This document shows, one piece after another, positions 9,349 through 20,197 of a stretch of DNA of 64,000 bases. Position 1 is the first letter of the stretch. The number at the start of each line of letters is the position of its first letter. This stretch comes from a virus, in IMG/VR virus record IMGVR_UViG_3300023179_000012. One strand, given 5' to 3'. Both the position numbers and the translations under genes were made by a program. Under the pieces are notes generated by a model. The model was given only the letters and a program-made list of their open reading frames with translations. It did no database searches and was not told the origin of the DNA.

Positions 9349-9741
9349 TTATTTTTGATCTCCCATATTTTTACGTCTAGATCTGGTACGTTTGGCATTG
9401 GTTTTTTTCGCTTTCTTTTTGGCTGAAAAAACAAAGTCATTGGAACTATCATCCCAAACACAATCAATTAAATCTTGACCAGCAAGTTTAGCCAAACCAA
9501 CATTGTGAATCCAAATCGCAGTCTTTTCGTAAATATCTTCGTTAGCATCCTCATTAAGAATGGGTCTATTTTTATCATCAAAACCAACACACTCTGATTT
9601 GATCAAATTAATCATTTGTTGAAGAGTGATATACTCGTCAAGATTTTCTGTATTTTCATCGTCAGACAGACTATTTGCTGCTGCAACTCTCATTTCAGCA
9701 GCGTAGGCTTCCAAATTGGTAATGGTATAAAGTTCTTCGTC
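9349..9741 (-). CDS. hypothetical protein
   Basis: Likely start MDEELY with GGAG RBS; acidic body and basic tail. Confidence 0.55.
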   Translation of the reverse strand, partial: DEELYTITNLEAYAAEMRVAAANSLSDDENTENLDEYITLQQMINLIKSECVGFDDKNRPILNEDANEDIYEKTAIWIHNVGLAKLAGQDLIDCVWDDSSNDFVFSAKKKAKKTNAKRTRSRRKNMGDQK

Positions 9742-9757
9742 CATTTTTATTCTCCAA

Positions 9758-10027
9758 TTATTTGATATATTTAGATACACCGCCGACAGATTCAGACTGA
9801 TCTTTAATTTGGTCAATCGTATCTTGTAGAGTGGTCTGCCCTCTTGGTAGCCATTTTAAATCATTATACAACGCTGTCAATACCTGTGGAAGCCAGTGTT
9901 GATAAGCAATTTCATATTTATCTGGAAAGTATTCTTTAAGAATAGTTTCTATTGTTGATAAAGATTTTTTTATATCTTCTCTCAGATCAGATATAATTTC
10001 AAGTTGATGTTGATCTTGCTGTTTCAC
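9758..10027 (-). CDS. hypothetical protein
   Basis: 89-aa ORF. Confidence 0.5.
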   Translation of the reverse strand: MKQQDQHQLEIISDLREDIKKSLSTIETILKEYFPDKYEIAYQHWLPQVLTALYNDLKWLPRGQTTLQDTIDQIKDQSESVGGVSKYIK

Positions 10028-10430
10028 GGGGAGCGTCTTTCCTTTTTAGTTTAAGGATTTTATGCTTTGTTTTGTAAATACCAGTATCAGGGTTCTGATA
10101 ATCATGTCCCATATAAATATGGGCAAATCCAGCGTTCTTATCAAGTCCCCATGCTTGAATACCTTTATCATCAACTTTTTCTACCAAAAACTTACCTCTA
10201 TAACCCATAGGAATAAGTTCGCCCTCATGAATAAAATATGGGCCTCCACCAACCTTGATCTTATCTCCTTTTTGTAGTTGACTCCAATGGAAATTAGATT
10301 CAACCTTCATAGTTCTCTTTTCAGTATTTGTAATCTTGAAAGAAAAGATATGATTGCAACTCTTGCAAACGTAGGCTCTAGGCCCACTAAGTTCATTACA
10401 GTTCGGACAAGTCTTTTTACCTTTTGGCAT
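9999..10430 (-). CDS. zinc-ribbon protein
   Basis: N-terminal CPNC-x10-CKSC. Confidence 0.55.
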   Translation of the reverse strand: MPKGKKTCPNCNELSGPRAYVCKSCNHIFSFKITNTEKRTMKVESNFHWSQLQKGDKIKVGGGPYFIHEGELIPMGYRGKFLVEKVDDKGIQAWGLDKNAGFAHIYMGHDYQNPDTGIYKTKHKILKLKRKDAPRETARSTST

Positions 10431-11107
10431 TTTTTGATTCTCCTGTGAAGTATAATCCTAGTATACCACAGTTATCGGTGTTGTCAAGCGGGTTTCTTTA
10501 GAAGTTCTGTCCGTTTTTATCAGAGTCGGGGATAATAGTTAATTTGCCCGGAACATAATGACAAAAATAACTACTATGAATTCTCTTCTTGGTTAACATA
10601 TCTTCTTCAATTTCTACATAAACATTAATACGATATCTATTATCCCAAACATTAATAATCTTAGTTATTAAATGATGTTTGGGTTTTTCAACTTGTTTAA
10701 ATAGCAGGCTCTCAATTTCTAGATCCACTAAAGTTCTCCTTAAAAATTGAATCAATATTAGTCATAAGAACAAAACGGTCTGTTCCACGGTTATCACTAA
10801 TATACATTGTGTCACACTCAAATTCATCTCCAGTATTTCCATCGTGAATAATTACTGGGCTTTGCCAATTAAAATTACCAATATTTTTGAGTTCGTTAGC
10901 CTGTTTATGCAAAAAATCGTATAGTTCCAGCCAAGTTAGTTTATTCATATCATCTACGTTTTTCTCTGTAAAGAATGATGTAACCCCAACCATGTTCGTT
11001 GGCAAAAGTATTGATAGAAATAATTTCTATACCATCATTTACTTCTAGCCAATTATTAATTTCTGAACTATCTGTTTTAATCTTTATATCAAAAATTTTT
11101 ACCTTCA

Positions 11108-11326
11108 TCATCGTGATCTCCTATTTGCTCTGTTAAGTTTACGAATAGTCTCAGTGGCATTTGCTGGAACCATTACCAGACTAGGGGCAGTTTTATGTCC
11201 CCAATCCATAAAGCCCACAGCATGATTTTCTACACTACAATTTTTACAAACAATTTGTCTACCAGTTTCAACCAGAAATTCATAACGATCAAAATCTATA
11301 CTGTCATTACAATAAGTGCAGTTCAT
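11108..11326 (-). CDS. TraR/DksA-like C4 zinc-finger protein
   Basis: CTYCNDSIDFDRYEFLVETGRQIVCKNC; own promoter at 11346-11373. Confidence 0.6.
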   Translation of the reverse strand: MNCTYCNDSIDFDRYEFLVETGRQIVCKNCSVENHAVGFMDWGHKTAPSLVMVPANATETIRKLNRANRRSR

Positions 11327-11346
11327 ATCGACCTCCTGTGAGGGTA

Positions 11347-11814
11347 TTATATCACAGTTATCGACCTTGTCAACTCCAAACTTGAGTCATACGACACAAC
11401 ATATCCATTATTATCGCAAAAATTACCATCATCCATACTATAATAGATGTTTTTTAATCCTACAGCACCCAATAATTTATTACAATTCTCACAGGGTTTA
11501 CTACCTAAAATAATTCCTTTTCTATTAATACGCAGGATACATATACTCCAATTAGGGTCAATGGTATTGTACATATCAAGCAATTTAGAAACAAGATGAG
11601 ATTCAGCATGATAAAAAGGATACTCCTTATATTTGGGAAGATTAAAATCTTCGCCTATTCTGTAAGCCCGTGCATGAGTTTTAATCGGGTTATTTTGGGT
11701 AAAACAAATCATTTTGTTGCCATCAAAGGCAGCAGCATAATGATAACAACGAATAAGAGGATTAGGGTTCCAATTTGCATAGGCTTTACGAATCGTTTTG
11801 TTTAGTATTTTCAT
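11347..11814 (-). CDS. zinc-dependent cytidine/dCMP deaminase-family protein
   Basis: HAE and SKPCENC motifs. Confidence 0.8.
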   Translation of the reverse strand: MKILNKTIRKAYANWNPNPLIRCYHYAAAFDGNKMICFTQNNPIKTHARAYRIGEDFNLPKYKEYPFYHAESHLVSKLLDMYNTIDPNWSICILRINRKGIILGSKPCENCNKLLGAVGLKNIYYSMDDGNFCDNNGYVVSYDSSLELTRSITVI

Positions 11815-11952
11815 CTTTTTTAACCAAAATTCTAGCACCCTCAATAGTTGTAATCATATCATGCTCATCTTGTAAAGATTTTAATGGTAACTTATTTGGT
11901 TCTTTTTGAGAAGATACAAAGTCAGTTAGTCTAATTCTCTGTGGTTCTTTCA

Positions 11953-12366
11953 TCATGTTTTTCTCTCTTGGTTATGATATTCAAGACCTCGTTTCAGGAA
12001 ATGTTCTTCATGTTTGGTAAATCCAAAATATTTACGAGCAAATTCTAGAACAGTTTCTGGCTTAAAACAAGAACAAGAATAAACATCTAAACTAATAAAA
12101 TTAACTGCTTCAATAGCATGAATTTGTATTCCGCTTTCAATCAAACCAACCCATCCACTAACACCATATTTATCAGCATAAATCTCACGACCATGATCTG
12201 TCGGCCCATGAATAACGATTGGTGGAGTCATTCTTGTCATACCAATCTCATCTACAAGACGCTCTAAAAATCTATAGACTAATTCAAGATCGTCCGCTGT
12301 TCCTGGCTTAGTATTATACATATCCAGAAAATAACTGTAACCGAAAGGTTTTGTTTTTGTATTCAT
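11953..12366 (-). CDS. speD: S-adenosylmethionine decarboxylase proenzyme (prokaryotic type)
   Basis: GVSGWVGLIE|SGIQIH...SLDVYSC. Confidence 0.8.
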   Translation of the reverse strand: MNTKTKPFGYSYFLDMYNTKPGTADDLELVYRFLERLVDEIGMTRMTPPIVIHGPTDHGREIYADKYGVSGWVGLIESGIQIHAIEAVNFISLDVYSCSCFKPETVLEFARKYFGFTKHEEHFLKRGLEYHNQERKT

Positions 12367-12515
12367 AATGATCCTTTAGTGTGCTAATAGATATAAACCT
12401 ATATTAGAAAATGCGTAACCACAGTAGGCATAAAACATACCATAATTACCATTTCTTAACTGTTCAAATGCTACATAAGTATAAATTAAACCAGTTAATA
12501 CGATCAGTGGTTTGC

Positions 12516-13433
12516 TCATGCTGCTACTCCTTTGCAGATTTCTTCAAATCTCTCTATAGCATAATCTTTGGCTTTGAGTTCCATGTCAACATCAAAATCT
12601 AATCCATAAGTATTAAAAGGAGTTTCTGCATAATCAGCATGGGCGCGTGGATTATTACCCGGTTTACTTTCACTGTAATGAAATAGTGGCTTATGTCCAT
12701 GCCAAGTATCATGGCAAGCCTTAATTGCAGTTTCTTCGTCTAGTTTATCTGGATGACACTTATGATGAAGATAATCAAATGTGATTGGAATATTGGTTCG
12801 TGCATGAAAGTGAGTGATAAGTTCTAGAACACTCCAACAATTAAGTTTATCATCATTTTCGATTACAAGTCTTGCTTTGCAATTATCGTCAAGTCTATCA
12901 AAATTACGCTTAAATCTTTCGATAATTTCGATATGAGTACCATTCTTATTATGAACGTGCATATTCATTGGTGAAGAATAATTTGCCGGGAGTCCAATAC
13001 GATCAAAGAAACTGCTATAAAAATTCAATTCGACAATAGTTTTATCTATAGCCTTATCGTTCATCGAAGCCAATACATTAAATTCGCTAGGATGACTAGA
13101 AACGCGGACGCCAGTGCGGGAAATAGTCTGTGAAATATTCGTAAACTGATTCTCAATATCCTCATAATTTGGTAAATCCTCCAATTTAACATTTGCTTCA
13201 TCATAAGTAATTAATGGAAAAATATCGCTACTAACACGATAAACATAATTATTTTCGGCACAAAATTCAATCGTCTTATCTGTAACCATAAGATTGTTTT
13301 GAATTCTAGAACCAAGAATTTCCAGTGCTTCTTCTCTAGGCAACGAACTAAAACGCTTATAGGTCATAGTCTGATGACTAAAACCTTGCTCTTTGAGTTT
13401 CAAACTAATGCAGCAAAGACCGTATCTGTTCAT
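12516..13433 (-). CDS. uvsE: UV damage endonuclease
   Basis: YRVSSDIFP, SSHPSEF, ENDDK, FDYLHH, HYSES, AHAD, ELKAK. Confidence 0.93.
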   Translation of the reverse strand: MNRYGLCCISLKLKEQGFSHQTMTYKRFSSLPREEALEILGSRIQNNLMVTDKTIEFCAENNYVYRVSSDIFPLITYDEANVKLEDLPNYEDIENQFTNISQTISRTGVRVSSHPSEFNVLASMNDKAIDKTIVELNFYSSFFDRIGLPANYSSPMNMHVHNKNGTHIEIIERFKRNFDRLDDNCKARLVIENDDKLNCWSVLELITHFHARTNIPITFDYLHHKCHPDKLDEETAIKACHDTWHGHKPLFHYSESKPGNNPRAHADYAETPFNTYGLDFDVDMELKAKDYAIERFEEICKGVAA

Positions 13434-13656
13434 AGAATCTCCTTGGTTGCAAGTATATCACAGTATCGGTCAAAGTCAAGCCGCACCTTGAGGAATTTCT
13501 TCAACAGATAGAACTTTGACCAGAGCAAATTCTATAGAAGGGAAATGTAGTTTAAAACTATAGAGTGCTTCTTCGGATGAAGATCCATCATGTACTTCAT
13601 TAATCAATAAATTTTGTTTTGATAAATCACCGTTCTTAAATACCTGTGCTGTAATA

Positions 13657-14304
13657 TTAAATAGTTTCATTGTTCCACCCAAGAGCCTCACTAATAATAG
13701 GTAGTTGTTGTTTAAAAATATCTTTACATTGATTAGCGATTATCATGTGTTCTTTTTGAGTGCCATGACCAGAACGTAGATTAATATAATGTATCCAATT
13801 TCTTATACTACCACTCATATAAAGCCTTGTTGGTGTTGCTAACGGCAGAACAAATCTAGCACACTCTTTTGCTATACCATCTTTAATCATTCCATTATAA
13901 ATGGCTTTACTTTTTGCAAAATGTTCTCTGATCTTACTATTCCAGCGAAATCGTACTTCGTCATCAATATTGTCTATACTGTTTTGACGATTCTTATTAT
14001 CTTGGCGACGAAGTTCAAACATTGGAATTTCATCTGCTAATAGTGTTGTATCAGCATATCTTTGACTAAATTCTTGAAATGTAAAACTTCTATGACGTAA
14101 AATTTGAGCAGCCAATCCTCTGGTGGTATTGATTTCTAATGTCATAAAAGCCATTTCAAAAATACTCCAATGTTGATGATTAATGCAATATGCTAACAGC
14201 TTGGCGTAATCATCCCGATTTTGTCCACTAGGATTAGATACCCTTGCACAATAACTCATCAATTTTTCTGCATCTGGAGTTACACTGATTAGTTTAACAC
14301 TCAT
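13657..14304 (-). CDS. thyX: FAD-dependent thymidylate synthase
   Basis: RHRSFTFQEFSQRY motif; GIAKECARFVLP. Confidence 0.95.
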   Translation of the reverse strand: MSVKLISVTPDAEKLMSYCARVSNPSGQNRDDYAKLLAYCINHQHWSIFEMAFMTLEINTTRGLAAQILRHRSFTFQEFSQRYADTTLLADEIPMFELRRQDNKNRQNSIDNIDDEVRFRWNSKIREHFAKSKAIYNGMIKDGIAKECARFVLPLATPTRLYMSGSIRNWIHYINLRSGHGTQKEHMIIANQCKDIFKQQLPIISEALGWNNETI

Positions 14305-14809
14305 TAAATAAGTATACCTTTCTAATATGTTCTAAAAATTCTTTTGATGTAAGTGAATTCTTCATTATATTACAGATTTTGCAGCATGGTTGAATATTTG
14401 TTTTAATATATCCCTTATTGCTATCTATTCTATCAATAGTATTGTGTGGATATTGTATACCCTTAATGTATTTAATATCTCGTAATTCTGGTTTTTTGCC
14501 ACAATAAATACAATCTTTTGTTATTATTTCATAAACATCTTCTGGTTTTAAATTAAAATGAATATCTCTTTTTAATGCACTCTGCTTATATGAATTATGT
14601 CTACCATTAGTAAAAGCTTTTTCTGTCGTTCTTGTTCTTCCGTTTTTTCTAGCCTGTTCGGCTCTTAAACATCCACAAGTTTTTAATCTTTTTATGTTCT
14701 CATATGTTCCACGGTGTTTTTTTGAACAAATGGGACAGATACCCATAGCCATTTTTCTGTTTCTATTTTGTGTTTTTTGGTATTCATAGTATGTCTTAAT
14801 AATTTCCAT
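14294..14809 (-). CDS. HNH homing-type endonuclease
   Basis: CIYCG...IDRIDSNKGYIKTNIQPCCKICNIMK; lies directly upstream of thyX. Confidence 0.85.
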   Translation of the reverse strand: MEIIKTYYEYQKTQNRNRKMAMGICPICSKKHRGTYENIKRLKTCGCLRAEQARKNGRTRTTEKAFTNGRHNSYKQSALKRDIHFNLKPEDVYEIITKDCIYCGKKPELRDIKYIKGIQYPHNTIDRIDSNKGYIKTNIQPCCKICNIMKNSLTSKEFLEHIRKVYLFNEC

Positions 14810-15094
14810 TGTTTGGCTCCTATCGGTTAGATACTAATTATATACACCAATATATGCCAAACATCTAATTATATTTGATCTTCCGTATAGGATATTTCAA
14901 ATTCTTCTAGCGGACAAAGTTCTTCATCCCAAAAACCATTTTTTATTCCTCTGCCAAGTATATGACCAGCTTTAATCCATATGTTTTTATAATCCTCTAT
15001 AGACATTCTTTTTATAATCCTACCCCAATCACATATTGTGGCATCAAAAACTTCTGTGCCATTATCAAACCATTCATTTGATTTAGATATAAAT

Positions 15095-15832
15095 TTAACG
15101 TATTTCATCTTTTTTATCGTCATCTCTAAGTCCTTCCATAATTTTATTTTTAAATGACATAACAAAATCATTTGTTTGATAACGGCCTTTATGAAAACCA
15201 AAAGTATTTGATGTGTTATGATTTTCATCTAGTGGATATTCTACAGAAAATTTTCTAGCAATCTCACATGATGGTAATTCTATTCCATTTTCTAACATAA
15301 AAGGCAAAGCCTTACACAGAATAAAACTATCTTCTGGTGAATTACAAAATCCAATTTTAGCGGATGTTTCTATGAATTTTTTACTTCTTAAACTAAAACC
15401 GCCGTTTCCAACTCTGCATACTGATGAACGACACTTATTGGGTAAGGGAGCGTCTGGCCTCCAAGGCGCTCCAATATAATCGTATTGTAAAAAGACATCA
15501 TCCCACAGATGAGGATTACAAATAAAACCATCTTCTTGATAAACCAAACAAAATTCTGTCGTGATATAGTCTTTTAAAGTCAATACCATAAACTGGCTAT
15601 ATCCTTTGTATCCAAAACAACAGGTTCGTTTAAACTCTATTAGATCATGTTTGTGTCGATCAACTTCTGGAGTAATAATTACATATTTACCAAATTGTAT
15701 ATATTGATGAATATATTCCGCATACTTAATAGGCCAAAATAAATTACCTATCGGCGCATAATGATAGAATGATGGATTGGAATTTTGTCTTCCATCAACA
15801 CAAACTAAAGTAACATCTGGTAATGATATCAT
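15095..15832 (-). CDS. DUF5672-like glycosyltransferase-related protein
   Basis: QEDGFICNPHLWDDVFLQYDYIGAPW and VGNGGFSLRS. Confidence 0.75.
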   Translation of the reverse strand: MISLPDVTLVCVDGRQNSNPSFYHYAPIGNLFWPIKYAEYIHQYIQFGKYVIITPEVDRHKHDLIEFKRTCCFGYKGYSQFMVLTLKDYITTEFCLVYQEDGFICNPHLWDDVFLQYDYIGAPWRPDAPLPNKCRSSVCRVGNGGFSLRSKKFIETSAKIGFCNSPEDSFILCKALPFMLENGIELPSCEIARKFSVEYPLDENHNTSNTFGFHKGRYQTNDFVMSFKNKIMEGLRDDDKKDEIR

Positions 15833-15976
15833 TTTGAATTCTTAGAAAAGAGAGTGACCATTTTTATCCATATCGGTTTAAAAAAATATGCTGTGATAAC
15901 ACTAGAAATACCACCAACAATACCGTTTGCTACTGCCACTGGTACAACAAAACAGGTATAAACAATATTTTTCTTT

Positions 15977-16225
15977 TTAGTAGTCACTTATTTCTGCTTT
16001 TTTAATATCTAAACTTTCCCGATGTATTTTCTGATGCTCTAACCACTTATTATCTGTCATATGATTATATATGTCAAATGCTAATTTACTAACACTCTTA
16101 CTAATACCACTAGCCTCTGGAGTATCCAGTTTAGCCCAATAATAAATAGTATTATCTCCGTCTTTTTCTTTTACGGTTTCATAGCCCTTTTCTTTGGCCC
16201 ATTTTTTGATTTCACTCCATAGCAT
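15977..16225 (-). CDS. hypothetical protein
   Basis: 82-aa ORF. Confidence 0.5.
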   Translation of the reverse strand: MLWSEIKKWAKEKGYETVKEKDGDNTIYYWAKLDTPEASGISKSVSKLAFDIYNHMTDNKWLEHQKIHRESLDIKKAEISDY

Positions 16226-17043
16226 TATTCACCTATTAGTTTATCGAGTTCTGTTAGTGCTTCAATGGATTTCATTTTTAAACAAATGGTATGTGAATCT
16301 GTTCCACATTCATTGAGATTAATACGAATATTAGGGATATCTATTGATTTTGACAATGTTTCACATTCAATTCTAACAGATGGTATTTGAGAACCAGCCC
16401 CTATTTCTAGTATGGCAATTTTTTTATCTTTTAATGATTTCAACCACTTATTATATCTGCTATATTGAGATATAACATGGTCGCGGTTAAAATACTTATC
16501 ACCAAACATAAGAACATTAGGTCTTACTATTGTACCACACCTTGAACAAAAAGGCAAGTCTCCCATCAGTCTCATTGTACTATAATCTAGATCCACATTA
16601 GTGGTAAAACGAAAGTTGTTTTCATTACAGTTTTTAGAACACTGTAGCCTATAAATATTTCCATGAATCTCTATAAGTTTATCTTGATCAAATCCCGCTT
16701 TTTGAAATTGTTGATCAACATTTGATGTGTAAATAAAATAATCATGATTAGTTTTTTCTGTCCATTTTTTTAGTATATCGAATCCATAATGAGGATTAGT
16801 TTTTTTATATAAAATTGATCTGTGATAATAAAATCCCCATGCTAATCTTGGGTCATCAATAAATAATTGAGGGTTTGCTAACTTATAAAAATTAAGCCCT
16901 AGTCTTTCATAAAGTGGATAGTGTTTCCAGAATCCATTATTGCTTCTGAAATCTGGTAATCCAGAATCAACACCTATGCCCGCACCAGCACCTATAAATA
17001 TAGCAGAACATTCTTGTATTATTCTGGTGGCTTCTGCTATCAT
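16225..17043 (-). CDS. Sir2-family NAD-dependent deacylase
   Basis: GAGAGIGVDSGLPDFRS, TSNVD, HG, Zn CxxxC...CxxC, RPNVLMFGD. Confidence 0.9.
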   Translation of the reverse strand: MIAEATRIIQECSAIFIGAGAGIGVDSGLPDFRSNNGFWKHYPLYERLGLNFYKLANPQLFIDDPRLAWGFYYHRSILYKKTNPHYGFDILKKWTEKTNHDYFIYTSNVDQQFQKAGFDQDKLIEIHGNIYRLQCSKNCNENNFRFTTNVDLDYSTMRLMGDLPFCSRCGTIVRPNVLMFGDKYFNRDHVISQYSRYNKWLKSLKDKKIAILEIGAGSQIPSVRIECETLSKSIDIPNIRINLNECGTDSHTICLKMKSIEALTELDKLIGE

Positions 17044-17286
17044 ATAAACTCCTATTAGAGTTATATGAAAAGCAGTAAACTGGTCAAGTTTTAGGATTAT
17101 TAGTGTCCCACACCTGACGATGTTTTAAAGCAATAATTTCTACTCGTTGTTGTTTTATGGTATCGCTTTGATAGATAATCAGATCGCAAAGATCTTTGAT
17201 AAGATTTTTTGCATCATTGTCTGAGCATGATTTTAATATTTCTTTTACATTGTCCATACAATCATACTTATGGGGTAATCTCTCTT

Positions 17287-17652
17287 TCATTTTTGTAATT
17301 GTTCGTCTGCTAGTTTTTGTCGTTTATATGAATAGCCAGCAGAAAATCCGTTCATAAACGCTTCTTCAAATTTTTTAATATCATCAATATCACGATAGTA
17401 ATCTTCTCTTTTTCTTAGCCATACTAGAAAAAGTTTTTGTTCATCTGATAGATAATCAAAATTTTGATATATTTCATCATAAGAATAAATAAATTTTTCA
17501 TTGGTATTAATATCTATACAACTAAATTCAACATTAGTAGGTTTACCTTTTTCATAGGTAACAGTATAACCATATACTTTAAGATTTCGACCATAATAAT
17601 CATAAACATATGTACTATCACGAATATTTAATGCTTCTTTAATTGAGATCAT
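17287..17652 (-). CDS. hypothetical protein
   Basis: 121-aa ORF. Confidence 0.5.
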   Translation of the reverse strand: MISIKEALNIRDSTYVYDYYGRNLKVYGYTVTYEKGKPTNVEFSCIDINTNEKFIYSYDEIYQNFDYLSDEQKLFLVWLRKREDYYRDIDDIKKFEEAFMNGFSAGYSYKRQKLADEQLQK

Positions 17653-18256
17653 GTTTTTTGTACCTTTGATAAATCTTATTTATGCCACTAATTAATTCTG
17701 CATCTAAATTATTTAAGATATAAGAATCATCGTTATCTGTAATGTATGCCTGCATTTCATCATTTACAACCTCCTTGGTATATCCTTTATCAAGAATATA
17801 TTTACGGATTTTTCTAAAACGAGACTCATTCTTTTGAATAAATTTATCAATTTCTTGCTTATATTTAGGCGAATAGCCATACATAGCATGGCACAATTCG
17901 TGTCTCAATGTGCTTTTATTTTGAGCGCCTATAATATAGAAACTATCATTTCTATAACGTAAAAGATGTAATAATTCTATTTCTTGTTCAGTTAATGGAT
18001 CGAACAGCCCGTGTTTAAAAGGAATTAGAACAGTGCTAGGAAAGTTAAATCCAACCCATGTATCGCTGTATAAATCGCCTCCGTACTCAACACTGTACCA
18101 ATGTTTGACCGCTCCTAGTGTGAAAATTTTGCCTTGAAAATCTAGATTAGCACTCTCATAATATTCTTGAAAACGAATAAAAGTTTCTCCTAATTCTCTT
18201 TGTGAGTCAGCACTAATCCACACGCTGTTATATGGTTGTTTTTTTAGTTTAAGCAT
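17639..18256 (-). CDS. hypothetical protein with HExxH (zincin-like) motif
   Basis: LRHELCHAMY ... VVNDEMQAY. Confidence 0.5.
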   Translation of the reverse strand: MLKLKKQPYNSVWISADSQRELGETFIRFQEYYESANLDFQGKIFTLGAVKHWYSVEYGGDLYSDTWVGFNFPSTVLIPFKHGLFDPLTEQEIELLHLLRYRNDSFYIIGAQNKSTLRHELCHAMYGYSPKYKQEIDKFIQKNESRFRKIRKYILDKGYTKEVVNDEMQAYITDNDDSYILNNLDAELISGINKIYQRYKKHDLN

Positions 18257-18833
18257 ATTTTGTTTTCAAATTTAAGATCTCTGATCTGTCTTTATCAAAT
18301 ATATAATAACTATAGTATGGATTTTCAGCCAGCAACAAATCCGAATAACCTCTTTTTATAGTTGTAACACCTTCATCACAATCGTATGTTTCAATTATAA
18401 TATCGTTTCTTGTTTTTCGTAATTTAAAAATGGCTTTCCAAACTGTTCCATGCCATATAACTTTTGTAGGAGTCAACAAAGCATTTGCTTGGCTTTCCAT
18501 TTGGCTAAATTCAGAAGAAGGATTTGTATCATGTACAACTATAGTGCCATTATTGTTTAATATTAATAGGCTATTATTTATATCTTTCTCCACTTGTTCT
18601 GCTGTGTGTAGTCCGTCTATAAAAATAATATCAAAAGTATTAGTATTTATTTGAAAAAATTCATCACTAGTCATATTAAAATCATAGTGATCAATTTTAG
18701 AGGGGTCTACGCTGATTTTTGTCTTACAATCTATTTTATCAAAACATATATGTTTTCTAGCAACACCGATTTCTAGATATGATTTATATTCATTATCTTT
18801 AATTAGTTGATTGATAATTGAAATTCTATTCAT
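18249..18833 (-). CDS. class I SAM-dependent methyltransferase (Methyltransf_24-like)
   Basis: YLEIGV; FDIIFIDGLH; IVVHD. Confidence 0.8.
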   Translation of the reverse strand: MNRISIINQLIKDNEYKSYLEIGVARKHICFDKIDCKTKISVDPSKIDHYDFNMTSDEFFQINTNTFDIIFIDGLHTAEQVEKDINNSLLILNNNGTIVVHDTNPSSEFSQMESQANALLTPTKVIWHGTVWKAIFKLRKTRNDIIIETYDCDEGVTTIKRGYSDLLLAENPYYSYYIFDKDRSEILNLKTKYA

Positions 18834-18841
18834 AAACTAAT

Positions 18842-19564
18842 TTAGTTCCATAGATAATGTCTGATTTTAATAAGTTCAATCAACATATCTGTATCTTCTT
18901 CATCATATTGTTGTTCTAAATCATATGCTTTCTTATACAATTTTTGTTGTTTATTAAACTTTTTTTTATCTAGTATTCCATCAATATCACAAAGAATAGG
19001 ATCGCTAAGAGGGTCTTGTCGTTTTGGTCTAATAAATTTCCACCATTCATATAATTCTTTGATTTTACGACTTGCTTTAGCCTGCTCTGTTAATCGACCT
19101 TGATACTTTAGGTGAACCGCCCATCTAAAATAATCGTCTTGTGCTTCTTGACAGCGGCCTTTTACGAAATTATATTTTTTACTACTATCATACCTCATGG
19201 AAAGAGGTAGTTCTAATTCTACAAAATCTACTAACTCATTAAATAAACCATGAAGTATACGATAATCAAGATCATAATATTCTCCTAATTTTAGTCCTGT
19301 ATTTAGATATTGGAGTTTATCAATGAATCTATTACGAATATAAATTCTGATAGTATGATAAAGATCAAATGGAAAATAAACTATGTCTTGTAGTCTATTA
19401 AGAAAGGTTTCGCTTAACCAATATCTGAAAGGTTTATTTTTTTTCTGATTATCGTGCCACTCATCCCATTCTTTCCATTCAAGAGCGTATGGCTTATTTG
19501 AACCTCTAATCCAATTAGCAAATTTACTACAATTCCAATAATGAATTCTTGATTTTATCATTTT
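18842..19564 (-). CDS. conserved phage hypothetical protein
   Basis: Long Trp/Tyr-rich ORF ending LIKIRHYLWN. Confidence 0.55.
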   Translation of the reverse strand, partial: KMIKSRIHYWNCSKFANWIRGSNKPYALEWKEWDEWHDNQKKNKPFRYWLSETFLNRLQDIVYFPFDLYHTIRIYIRNRFIDKLQYLNTGLKLGEYYDLDYRILHGLFNELVDFVELELPLSMRYDSSKKYNFVKGRCQEAQDDYFRWAVHLKYQGRLTEQAKASRKIKELYEWWKFIRPKRQDPLSDPILCDIDGILDKKKFNKQQKLYKKAYDLEQQYDEEDTDMLIELIKIRHYLWN

Positions 19565-19916
19565 ACCAAACATTTGTATATGTGCCTTCTTTTAATTTTG
19601 GTTCGTATGGTTTTATTGTCCAACCGAGTTTCATTAGGTCGGATCTTATTTCATCCGTAGCAACACTTTCTTCTACATAACCCTCTTTATTTACCATGCC
19701 AGAACAATACCAATCAAGATAGACTTCTCCATTATCTCTTAAATCTGCAACTAATCCTCCAGCAAAACGCCACGAACAAGTCCATTCTTCCTTATCGTAA
19801 AAAAATCTATTATTGCATAGTGCAGCATATAGATTTTGACTATATATTATGCTATATTTACATTTGTCTGCTATCCAATCACTCTTACAAAGATCAAGTT
19901 CTAAATTTGGTTTCAT
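19563..19916 (-). CDS. conserved phage hypothetical protein
   Basis: YSQNLYAALCNNRF...WSCSWR-like motif, YLDWYCSG. Confidence 0.55.
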   Translation of the reverse strand: MKPNLELDLCKSDWIADKCKYSIIYSQNLYAALCNNRFFYDKEEWTCSWRFAGGLVADLRDNGEVYLDWYCSGMVNKEGYVEESVATDEIRSDLMKLGWTIKPYEPKLKEGTYTNVW

Positions 19917-20197
19917 CGGTAAATTACAACAGGTTGAAGAATCCATTGAGTAAAAGGTCTATTTATTACTGTTTGTGTTTTACAAAATAGTCTTTGTTGT
20001 TCAACTACCACATTTTGCTGAATGGTATAAGGAACCCACTGATAAACTACTATTGGTTGAGGTTGTTGAACATAAACAATCTGAGTTGGTATAGCGGGTT
20101 GAATACGTTCTTGATATGCTACCCACTCTTGAGCGTATCCATTTGATCCGATACTAATCAGCATTAGCATTACAAAGCATCTTGCTAAGTTTTTCAT
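19913..20197 (-). CDS. secreted/signal-peptide protein, hypothetical
   Basis: MKNLARCFVMLMLISIGSNGYAQ leader; Q/V/P-rich. Confidence 0.5.
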   Translation of the reverse strand: MKNLARCFVMLMLISIGSNGYAQEWVAYQERIQPAIPTQIVYVQQPQPIVVYQWVPYTIQQNVVVEQQRLFCKTQTVINRPFTQWILQPVVIYR

